Assembly: GCA_007126035.1 (NCBI GenBank)
Contig: SLCC01000019.1
Coordinates: forward strand, 31,781 to 95,780
DNA: 64,000 nt
Direction: 5' to 3'
Source of the DNA: Gemmatimonadota bacterium
GTDB taxonomy: Bacteria; Gemmatimonadota; Gemmatimonadetes; Longimicrobiales; RSA9
Part shown: piece after piece, positions 56,589-64,000 of the stretch
Layout: each line of letters begins with the position of its first letter
Position numbering within the stretch: position 1 is the stretch's first letter
The notes under the pieces: generated by a model
The model's database searches: none
The model's input: the letters and a program-made list of their open reading frames with translations, nothing else
Told to the model about the DNA's origin: nothing
Position numbers and translations under genes: made by a program

Positions 56589-59500
56589 TGACCGGGCACC
56601 GTGGCACTCTGACCTGGGCGCTGGCAGGGGCGGCGGCGATGGTCCTGTTGCTGGTCGGCAGCGCCCTGTTCCTCACCCAGACCCAGGCGGGGGTGGAGCG
56701 GGCCGGCCAGTACGTGGTCGAGCGACTGCGCGGCTCGATCGATGGGGAGCTCGAGGTGGCCGGGGTCCGGAGCCGGGGCCTGCTCCGGGGCGTGACCCTT
56801 GATGGCGTGCGGATCACGGGTCCGGATGGTCGCCTGTTCCTCCAGGCCGACAGCGCCCGTCTCACGTACGACGTCCGCACCCTGATGGGTGGCGATATCT
56901 CATTCCAGCGGCTGATCCTGTTCCGGCCCGGAATCCATATCGAGCGACTGCCGGGGGCCGAGCAGTGGAACTACCAGACCCTCATCCCGGACGACCCGGA
57001 GGCGCCGCCCACGGACAGGATCGTGCTCATCCAGGACGTCACGATCCACGATGGATCCCTGACCGTCCGCACCCCGTGGGAGGCCGATGAGCAGTCGGCG
57101 CCGGACGGGCCCCGTTACCTTCTGGAGCAGGTCCCTGGGGGGCTGGTCCGTACCGTCAGGTTCACCGAGCTGAACGGTCGCAGCCCGCAGATCCTGTGGC
57201 AGGCCCCGGATACGGACGGCCGGGTCGTGCAGGTCCAGGAGCTGTCGGGACAGGCCTATATCTGGGATGCCCCGGCCACGGTGCGTGACTTCCGAGGCAC
57301 CGTGACCATCCGTGACTCCGTCGTCACCTTCCAGGCCCCCTACGTCCGGCTCCCCGACTCCGAGTTCTCCGCCCTGGGCCAGCTCGTCCTGGGACAGGAC
57401 TTTCGCCGCTACGACATCGAGGCACAGGGCGACCAGCTGGCCTTCGCCGACTTCCAGTGGCTGTACCCCTCGCTGCCGGCGCAGGGGGGAGGCGCCATGC
57501 GCCTGCGGATCCAGAGCCAGGAAGGCGGGAACATCGTGTGGCTCGCGAGCGACGCCCGGCTCCGGACCGCGGGGAGCGAGCTGGCGGGGAGCTTCGGCGT
57601 CGTTACCGGCGACACCCTCTACTTCACCAACGTGGACGTGAGGGCCTCGCCTCTGGACATGGAGCTGGTGCGGCGGCTGCTACCCGTGGACCTGCCGATC
57701 GAGGGCTTTCTGAGCGGGGCCGTCGAGATGGAGGGGCCCGTCTCGGCGCTGCGCACCCGGGGCCAGCTGCGGCACCGGACCGCCTCGGGCGGGGCACGTA
57801 GCGAGTCGGAGGTGCGGTGGTCCGGGGTGGTCCGGGCGCGACAGCCCTTCGCCGTGTCCGATCTCGACGCCGATATCCGGCGCCTGGACCTGTCCCGGGT
57901 GGCCGCTCTGGTACCGGATCTCAGGATCCGCGGCTCAGCCAGCGGACAGATCCGGCTGGCCGGCTCCGTGGACGATGGGTTCGAAGCGACCGGCACCCTG
58001 TCACTCGACCAGGCAGGGACGATTTCCACTGTCACCGGCGGTGGCTGGTTCCTGGCCGCCGGCGAGAGTTCGGCGTTCGACCTGCACCTGGATGCGGAGC
58101 CCATCTCGCTGTCGCTCCTGTCCCAGCAGTACTCGGCACTCAACCGACTCATCGGGGCGGCAGAAGGCCCCGTCCGCCTCGAGGGGCCCCTGTCGGACCT
58201 GCGCGTGGCCGCGGACCTGCGCTCCGCTTCCGGTAGTCTCAGGCTGGACGGCCGACTCGAGATCACCAACCACGGCCCCCGCTACGTCACCCGCGGTCGC
58301 ATGGAGGACCTGCGCCTCGACCAGCTCGTCGACGGCGTGCCGACAACGGTCCTGACCGGCGACTTCGAGCTCGAGGGCGGCGTCGGCTCCCTCCACGATC
58401 TGGACGGGCGGGTAACGGTTGACCTGACCGGCGGACGGATAGCAGGTGTCGAGATCGCCAGTGGCCGCCTGCGCGCCAACCTGACCGACGGACTCGTCAG
58501 CATCGACACCCTTGCCGTCCTGAGCCCGATGGGCCGGGCCGAGGCGGAGGGCAGCCTCGGCCTGGTGGAGGGCCGCGACGGCAGCCTCCGCTTCGCCGTC
58601 GAGGCCTCGACCCTGGCGCCCCTGGAGATCCAGTTCTTCGGGGGCACCGTCCCGGACGACGTGGCACTCACAGGACCCCGCGTCGACGCAGAGGCCTGGG
58701 CCAGCGGAACCATCACCGGCTCCCTCACCGACTGGCGCGCCAGTGCCGAGGTCCATGGCCGGGACCTGGTCTACGACAACCTGGCCCTGAGCGCCGCCGC
58801 CGCCCGCCTGCAGTGGAGCCGTGACGGACTGGCAGTGGACGTCGCCGGCGACAGCCTCCAGGCGTGGGGACGCTCCTTTCACACCATCCAACTGACCACC
58901 CGCTACGACGAAGGTGCCGGCCTCGCCGCCATCTCCGCCGGAGGCCAGGACGGCCACGAGCTGGAGATGGACAGCAGGTTCCGCTGGACCGATGGCGTAC
59001 TCGACTTCCAGCTGGACGGGCTGAACCTGGTCGCAGGCGACGGGCGGTGGGCCCTGGATCAACCCGTCGAGAGCCGGATCGGACCGGACGGAATCGTGAT
59101 GGGCCGCCTGTCGCTCAGCCGTGTACCCGGCGATGCCAGCATCCACATCAGCGGCGTCCTGCCCTGGCGCCAACCCGGCGTCGAGCAGCCAATAACCGCC
59201 GCCATGGTCCTGGACCTGACAGCCATTCCACTCGGTGAGTTGGCTCGTCTGACCCAGTCCGGCCGGGACCTGGACGGCACGCTCGGTGGCCGTATGCGGT
59301 TGACCGGCACCGCCCTCGCCCCGGTCCTGGAAGGGACCGTGTACGCCCGCCCGTTCCGCTTCGACGAAGCCACGCTCGACAGCCTGGGAGGTCGGTTCGA
59401 TTACCAGGACCGGTTGCTGACCACCAGTCTCGTCGGGTGGCGCGATGGCCGAGCCATCGTGGCCGCCGACGCCGCCGTGCCCATGGAGCTGGCGCTGACC

Positions 59501-61054
59501 CACCGGGATCACAGGCTCCTGGCCGAACCGCTGCACGTGGGCCTGCGGGCCGACGGCATGCCCGGCGGCCTGGTCTCGTTCCTCATACCCGGGCTCCGTC
59601 AGGTGGAAGGGATCGTCCACGGCTCCATGAAACTCTCCGGCGAGGCCGCGGGGCTGGCAGGAAATGGCGTCCGGCCCTCCCTGGAAGGGGAGTTGCAACT
59701 GGCCAGCGGGTCCGCTTACGTCGAGCCGCTGAACGCCAGGTTCCACGATGTTAGCGGCACCGCCACCATGGGCGATGGCAGCATCGTGCACGTCGATGCA
59801 CGTCTCAGAAGCCAGAACGGAGGGGCGGAGGTCACCGGCACCCTGGACATGGCCCAGCCCGCGGACCCGCTCTTCGACCTACGCATGTCGGCCCGCCGGC
59901 TGGACGCCTCCAGGCGACGGGACGTTACCGCGGTCGCGGACGGAGACGTCCACCTAACCGGTCGCTACAACCGGCCGGTCCTGAGCGGTGACGTCCGCCT
60001 GATCAGCGGCGAGATGAACCTCGATGAGGTGCTGCGCCAGTACCAGATCGTCCAGCTCGATACGTCCCTGTTCCACATCTTCGACGCGGCCACCATCGGG
60101 TACCGGATCAGACCCGCCAATCCCTTCATCGAGAACCTGGCCATCCGGGGGCTGAGCCTGACGGCCGACCGCAACTTCTGGCTCCGAAGCCGAGAGTTGA
60201 ACGTGGAGGTGGCCGGAAGTCTCGACGTCGCACTCGATCGCCAGTTCAACGATATCCGGCTCACCGGGACCATGGAGGCATTGCGCGGCACCTACCAGCT
60301 CCAGATCCTGGAACGGGTGCCCACCCGCAGATTCGAGATACGGGAGGGGACCATCGAGTTCCCGGGCACCCCCGGGATCGATCCCAATCTCCAGATCACC
60401 GCCAGCCACCGCGTCCGCAGGGCCCACATCGATCCCCTGGATGTCATAGCCACCGTCACGGGCACGCTCCAGAGCCCCCGCGTCCGGCTATCCAGCGACT
60501 CGGACCCGCCCGTCAGCGAGACCGACATAGCCAGCTTCCTCCTCTTCGGTCGCTCAACCCTGGAGCTGTCCCAGGCCGAGACGGATGTGGTGTTCAGCAT
60601 GCGCGAAGGAGTGCTGGGCCTGGCTCGTCCCATGTTCCTCGGGCTGGCCTCCACGCAGCTCCAGCAGGCCGTCGCCAACCTGGGACTGCCGGTCGATTAC
60701 CTGGCCCTCACAGCACCCGAATACGGCTTCGGCGACTATGACCGCGTCATGGACGTGCACGGCCCGTTCGGGCTCCTCCAGGGGACACAGCTAGAGGCGG
60801 GCTTCTACGCGCGCCGCGACCTCTTCGTCCTGGGTAGCTTCATGCCCTTCTCACGGGCACTCGGCGCCTTCTCCGACTCCGAGCCCCTGTTCCACCCGCG
60901 CTGGGGAGCCAGGCTGGAATGGCGGTTCCAACCCACCTGGACCATGGAGATGTACTGGGAGGACCGCTTCGCACGGACGCCGTCCTTCAGCTATGACCAG
61001 ATCCACGACCGGACCGTGGGAGGTCTGTCCGTATACCGGGAATGGGGGTACTGA
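56588..61054 (+). CDS. tamB: translocation and assembly module protein TamB-like (AsmA-like/DUF490)
   Basis: 1488 aa with an N-terminal TM anchor and a long beta-rich repetitive body. The C-terminal region resembles DUF490. The ATG overlaps the tamA stop (TGATG). Confidence 0.75.
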   Translation: MTGHRGTLTWALAGAAAMVLLLVGSALFLTQTQAGVERAGQYVVERLRGSIDGELEVAGVRSRGLLRGVTLDGVRITGPDGRLFLQADSARLTYDVRTLMGGDISFQRLILFRPGIHIERLPGAEQWNYQTLIPDDPEAPPTDRIVLIQDVTIHDGSLTVRTPWEADEQSAPDGPRYLLEQVPGGLVRTVRFTELNGRSPQILWQAPDTDGRVVQVQELSGQAYIWDAPATVRDFRGTVTIRDSVVTFQAPYVRLPDSEFSALGQLVLGQDFRRYDIEAQGDQLAFADFQWLYPSLPAQGGGAMRLRIQSQEGGNIVWLASDARLRTAGSELAGSFGVVTGDTLYFTNVDVRASPLDMELVRRLLPVDLPIEGFLSGAVEMEGPVSALRTRGQLRHRTASGGARSESEVRWSGVVRARQPFAVSDLDADIRRLDLSRVAALVPDLRIRGSASGQIRLAGSVDDGFEATGTLSLDQAGTISTVTGGGWFLAAGESSAFDLHLDAEPISLSLLSQQYSALNRLIGAAEGPVRLEGPLSDLRVAADLRSASGSLRLDGRLEITNHGPRYVTRGRMEDLRLDQLVDGVPTTVLTGDFELEGGVGSLHDLDGRVTVDLTGGRIAGVEIASGRLRANLTDGLVSIDTLAVLSPMGRAEAEGSLGLVEGRDGSLRFAVEASTLAPLEIQFFGGTVPDDVALTGPRVDAEAWASGTITGSLTDWRASAEVHGRDLVYDNLALSAAAARLQWSRDGLAVDVAGDSLQAWGRSFHTIQLTTRYDEGAGLAAISAGGQDGHELEMDSRFRWTDGVLDFQLDGLNLVAGDGRWALDQPVESRIGPDGIVMGRLSLSRVPGDASIHISGVLPWRQPGVEQPITAAMVLDLTAIPLGELARLTQSGRDLDGTLGGRMRLTGTALAPVLEGTVYARPFRFDEATLDSLGGRFDYQDRLLTTSLVGWRDGRAIVAADAAVPMELALTHRDHRLLAEPLHVGLRADGMPGGLVSFLIPGLRQVEGIVHGSMKLSGEAAGLAGNGVRPSLEGELQLASGSAYVEPLNARFHDVSGTATMGDGSIVHVDARLRSQNGGAEVTGTLDMAQPADPLFDLRMSARRLDASRRRDVTAVADGDVHLTGRYNRPVLSGDVRLISGEMNLDEVLRQYQIVQLDTSLFHIFDAATIGYRIRPANPFIENLAIRGLSLTADRNFWLRSRELNVEVAGSLDVALDRQFNDIRLTGTMEALRGTYQLQILERVPTRRFEIREGTIEFPGTPGIDPNLQITASHRVRRAHIDPLDVIATVTGTLQSPRVRLSSDSDPPVSETDIASFLLFGRSTLELSQAETDVVFSMREGVLGLARPMFLGLASTQLQQAVANLGLPVDYLALTAPEYGFGDYDRVMDVHGPFGLLQGTQLEAGFYARRDLFVLGSFMPFSRALGAFSDSEPLFHPRWGARLEWRFQPTWTMEMYWEDRFARTPSFSYDQIHDRTVGGLSVYREWGY

Positions 61055-61214
61055 CCCTCCACCGGTCCACAATCGTGGTGGTTAGTCACTACACGGTGTT
61101 ACCTGTTATGGCAATAGCCGGCGACTACCCAGGGGCGCCCGCCATGTGCCTGGACCGCCCCTTGCCATGAGGGGTATGTTCCCGTCGGAAACGGTTCAAG
61201 GAGCGGGACGGACA

Positions 61215-62066
61215 ATGCAGAGAGTCAAGGTGTTTGTGCTCATGGCGGGGCTCACGGCCCTGCTGGTGGTGCTGGGAGGCTACATTGGCGGGCAGGGTGG
61301 CGCCGTGGCCTTCTTCGTCATGGCGGCCCTGATGAACTTCGGCATGTACTGGTGGAGCGACAAGGCGGTCTTGAAGATGTTCAAGGCCCGGGTCGTCGGC
61401 CCCCAGGACGCGCCGGAGCTCCATGAGATGGTGGACCGCCTGCGCCAGCGGGCGCAGCTGCCCATGCCGGTGGTGGCCATTGCGCCGCAGGAGCAGCCCA
61501 ACGCCTTCGCCACGGGCCGCAACCACGAGAAGGCGGTGGTGTGCGTGACGGCGGGGCTCATGAGGCTGGTGAACAAGCAGGAGATCGAGGGCGTGATCGC
61601 CCACGAGCTCGCCCACATCAAGCACCGGCACATGCTGGTGGGGACCATCGCCGCCACCATGGCGGGTGCCATCGCCATGATCGGGATGATCGTGCGCTGG
61701 GGCCTGATCTTCGGCCGGGGCCGCGACGGCGGCAACGCCCTGGGCGCGCTGGTGATGGCCATCATAGCGCCCATCGCGGCCATGGTCATCCAGCTGGCCA
61801 TCAGCCGGCAGAATGAGTACCAGGCGGACCGGACGGGGGCCGAGATCGCCGGCACGCCGGACGGTCTGGCCAACGCCCTCCGCAAGCTGGAGGCGTACGC
61901 GGGTCGCATCCCCATGGAGGTGAATCCGGCGGCGGCGGCGCTGCCCATTGTCAACCCGCTCAAGGGCCAGCGGGCCAGCTTCGGCGGCCTCTTCCGGACG
62001 CACCCGGCCACCGAGGACCGGATCGCGCGGCTCGAGGAAATGGCCCACGGCGGCGCGCGCCGCTGA
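61215..62066 (+). CDS. htpX: protease HtpX (M48)
   Basis: MQRVKVFVLMAGLTALL..., zinc motif HELAHIKHRH, and FRTHPATEDRIARL. Confidence 0.9.
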   Translation: MQRVKVFVLMAGLTALLVVLGGYIGGQGGAVAFFVMAALMNFGMYWWSDKAVLKMFKARVVGPQDAPELHEMVDRLRQRAQLPMPVVAIAPQEQPNAFATGRNHEKAVVCVTAGLMRLVNKQEIEGVIAHELAHIKHRHMLVGTIAATMAGAIAMIGMIVRWGLIFGRGRDGGNALGALVMAIIAPIAAMVIQLAISRQNEYQADRTGAEIAGTPDGLANALRKLEAYAGRIPMEVNPAAAALPIVNPLKGQRASFGGLFRTHPATEDRIARLEEMAHGGARR

Positions 62067-62096
62067 CGAGCACCGAGCGCTAAGCGCGAAACGCTC

Positions 62097-63047
62097 ATGG
62101 CTCCGGCGGACCAATCGAGCGCGGCCGGCCCATACGCCGGCCGCACGCTCATCGTGTTGAACCCGGCGGCGGGGCAGGACCAGACCGCCCGGTTGCGTCG
62201 CCGGATCGGTGGCGCGTTCGCCTTCCGTAACGCGCCATTCGACCTGGTGGAGACGGTGGGCCCCAGGCACGCCACCGAGCTGGCCCGGGACGCGGCGGCC
62301 CGTGGCTACCGGGCGGTGTGCGTGGTGGGAGGCGACGGTACGCTGGCCGAAGCGGCCACGGGCCTGGCGGGGACCGATATACCCCTGGCGCTGATCCCCA
62401 CGGGCACGGGCAACCAGGTCGCCCAGAATCTGCGCATCCCCACCAGTCTGGAAGACGCCGTGGAGCTGGCCGTCCACGGCAAATCGTCACACATGGATCT
62501 GGGCCGCATCGATGACAGGGTGTTCGCCCTGGTGGCCGGCGCCGGGTTCGACGCGGCAACAATGGCCTCCGCCACCCGGGAAATGAAGGGGCGCTGGGGG
62601 TTCGGCGCATACATCTTCGCCGCCGTCAAGGAAGCCCTCAAGGCCCAGCCCGTGGACTTCCGGGTTACCGTCGACGGCGAGGTCCTGGAGGTGCGCGCGG
62701 TGAGTGTCATGCTGGCCAACGTGGGGGAGCTGTTCGCCGAGTTCGTTCCCTTCCCGGTGCCCCTGACCCCTCGCCCGCACAAGTCCTGGCAGGACGGGCT
62801 GTTCGACGTAGTGGTCGTCGCACCCAGGAACGTCATGGACGTGCCAGGCGTGCTGTGGAAGGCCGTGGGCAAGCGGTTCCGCGGCAACGACGACCGGCTC
62901 CTCCATTTCCAGGCCAGGCACGTGATCATCGAGGCGGATCCGCCCATCGCCACCCAGATCGACGGGGACCCTGCCGGCAAGACACCCCTGGAGGCCACCG
63001 TCGTCGAGCGAGGTGTGCGGATCATAGCGCCTGATACATCGTCCTGA
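62097..63047 (+). CDS. diacylglycerol/lipid kinase family protein (YegS/DagK-like)
   Basis: LIVLNPAAG, VVGGDGTLAEAATGL and LIPTGTGN motifs. Confidence 0.8.
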   Translation: MAPADQSSAAGPYAGRTLIVLNPAAGQDQTARLRRRIGGAFAFRNAPFDLVETVGPRHATELARDAAARGYRAVCVVGGDGTLAEAATGLAGTDIPLALIPTGTGNQVAQNLRIPTSLEDAVELAVHGKSSHMDLGRIDDRVFALVAGAGFDAATMASATREMKGRWGFGAYIFAAVKEALKAQPVDFRVTVDGEVLEVRAVSVMLANVGELFAEFVPFPVPLTPRPHKSWQDGLFDVVVVAPRNVMDVPGVLWKAVGKRFRGNDDRLLHFQARHVIIEADPPIATQIDGDPAGKTPLEATVVERGVRIIAPDTSS

Positions 63048-63284
63048 GAGAGCCGGTAGCGAGCCACATCTCCTTTCGAGTTGGGCCGATACCTGGCGAC
63101 CAACAGTTCCTGCCGACAGCGACCGGGAGTTAGGCCCACCAGCGGGAAGAAGGCCGCGAGGAAGCTCCTCAGTCCCGGGGGCTTGCCCGCTGCTCCGGCC
63201 TCCGCAACATTTCAAGGTTGGAATGGCCCCGCCAGCCGTGGGGCCTGCTTGTCTGTGTCACAGAAGGATGGAGTGATAGCGACC

Positions 63285-63848
63285 ATGGCGATGTCCGCCT
63301 CCCAGCTCCGGCGTGGTAGGGTCATCATGCATGATGGCCAGCCTTGCCGCGTGGTGGAGTTCCAGCACATCAAGCCGGGCAAGGGTCCGGCATACATGCA
63401 GACGAAGCTGAAGAACATCCTGACGGGTGCCATCTTCGACTACCGGTTCCGGGCCGCCGATACGGTGGAGCGGGCGGTCATGCAGACGCAGGAGCTCCAG
63501 TACCTGTACCACGACGGGCATCACCACTACTTCATGAACAACGAGACGTTCGAGCAGTTCCCCATCTCCGACGAGGCGCTGGGTGACTCGGCGCTGTGGC
63601 TGATCCCGAACATGAACGTCCAGGTGGAGTTCCTGGAGGGCCAGCCGTTCGGTGTGCAGCTCCCCCGCACCCTGGAGCTCCGGGTCGAGGAGACGGAGCC
63701 TGGTGTCCGTGGAGACACGCGCACTTCGGTGACGAAGCCGGCGAAGCTGGAAAATGGCGTGACCGTTCAGGTGCCGGCCTTCGTCAACCAGGGCGAGCTG
63801 ATCCGGGTCGATCCTGAAGAAGGGACGTACATCGAGCGGGTTCGCTGA
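63285..63848 (+). CDS. efp: elongation factor P
   Basis: MAMSASQLRRGRVIMHDGQPCRVVEFQHIKPGKGPAYMQTKLKN contains the KPGKG loop. Confidence 0.9.
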   Translation: MAMSASQLRRGRVIMHDGQPCRVVEFQHIKPGKGPAYMQTKLKNILTGAIFDYRFRAADTVERAVMQTQELQYLYHDGHHHYFMNNETFEQFPISDEALGDSALWLIPNMNVQVEFLEGQPFGVQLPRTLELRVEETEPGVRGDTRTSVTKPAKLENGVTVQVPAFVNQGELIRVDPEEGTYIERVR

Positions 63849-63946
63849 GCATAGTGTCGCGTCGGTCGGGGTCGACTGCTCCGGCGGCCCGGTAGTTGCC
63901 TAGTGAACCGGTGTCGCTGAGACACTCGAACAGGAGAAGACGCACA

Positions 63947-64000
63947 ATGCTCTGGACAATCATAGTCATCCTGGTCATCCTCTGGCTGCTCGGCCTCATA
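63947..64000 (+). CDS. start of a small hydrophobic protein (lmo0937-like?), truncated by the window end
   Basis: CAGGAGAAG RBS, then MLWTIIVILVILWLLGLI... Only 18 codons are visible. Confidence 0.35.
   Translation, partial: MLWTIIVILVILWLLGLI

Noticed and set aside
61055-61214. sigma32-type heat-shock promoter upstream of htpX (CTTGCCA ... CCCGTCGG)
   Set aside because: It is a poor match to CTTGAAA-N13-15-CCCCATNT in both boxes. There is not enough to support a call.

Overview
Visibly GC-rich bacterial chromosomal segment; I did not compute the G+C value. TonB/ExbBD, an Omp85/TamA-TamB pair, an LpoB-like lipoprotein and many lipobox proteins point to a diderm. I cannot place the taxon from sequence alone. 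The window is densely packed, and many gene junctions overlap as ATGA, GTGA or TGATG. Most content is housekeeping:
- tilS-hpt-ftsH-folP-cdaA
- exbB-exbD-exbD-tonB
- imuA-imuB, then a reverse-oriented three-gene envelope operon, then dnaE2 plus a radical-SAM gene
- a csp gene and a stand-alone ATP-dependent DNA ligase
- rpsU followed by a DEAD-box helicase
- yebC-ruvC-ruvA-lepB
- a DUF883/YqjE-like/DUF3618 membrane-stress trio
- a FixG-like/CtaG-like/FixH-like putative copper module
- a three-lipoprotein operon headed by an LpoB-like gene
- ruvB-queA-tgt-yajC-def-fmt-thiE-thiS-thiG
- cdd plus a methyltransferase
- a PASTA protein, a YbbR protein and tsaD
- a metallophosphoesterase with tamA-tamB
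- htpX, a lipid kinase and efp

I found no rRNA, tRNA, CRISPR array, IS element or integrase. Because of the GC content, many long ORFs in the supplied track are antisense or out-of-frame shadows.

The non-routine signals are all non-coding or organisational:
1. A phased TTCGG-N6-TTCGG repeat occurs four times, only in the imuA and dnaE2 upstream regions. With it comes a shared 11-mer, TTGTCTTCGGC. This is a candidate damage-response operator.
2. The imuAB/dnaE2 mutagenesis cassette is split by an antisense RCC1/TPR/FN3 operon. A PA0069-type radical-SAM gene is coupled to dnaE2.
3. Eleven back-to-back 25-27-nt hairpin units plus an 11-bp GC clamp fill the divergent lpoB-like/ruvB intergenic region.
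4. A roughly 140-nt element is present in two copies, in two long divergent intergenic regions.
5. Two TCGGAGT heptanucleotide microsatellites lie upstream of yebC-ruvCA.

I found no convincing new protein-based system such as a defence island or toxin module. I prefer to say so rather than force one.
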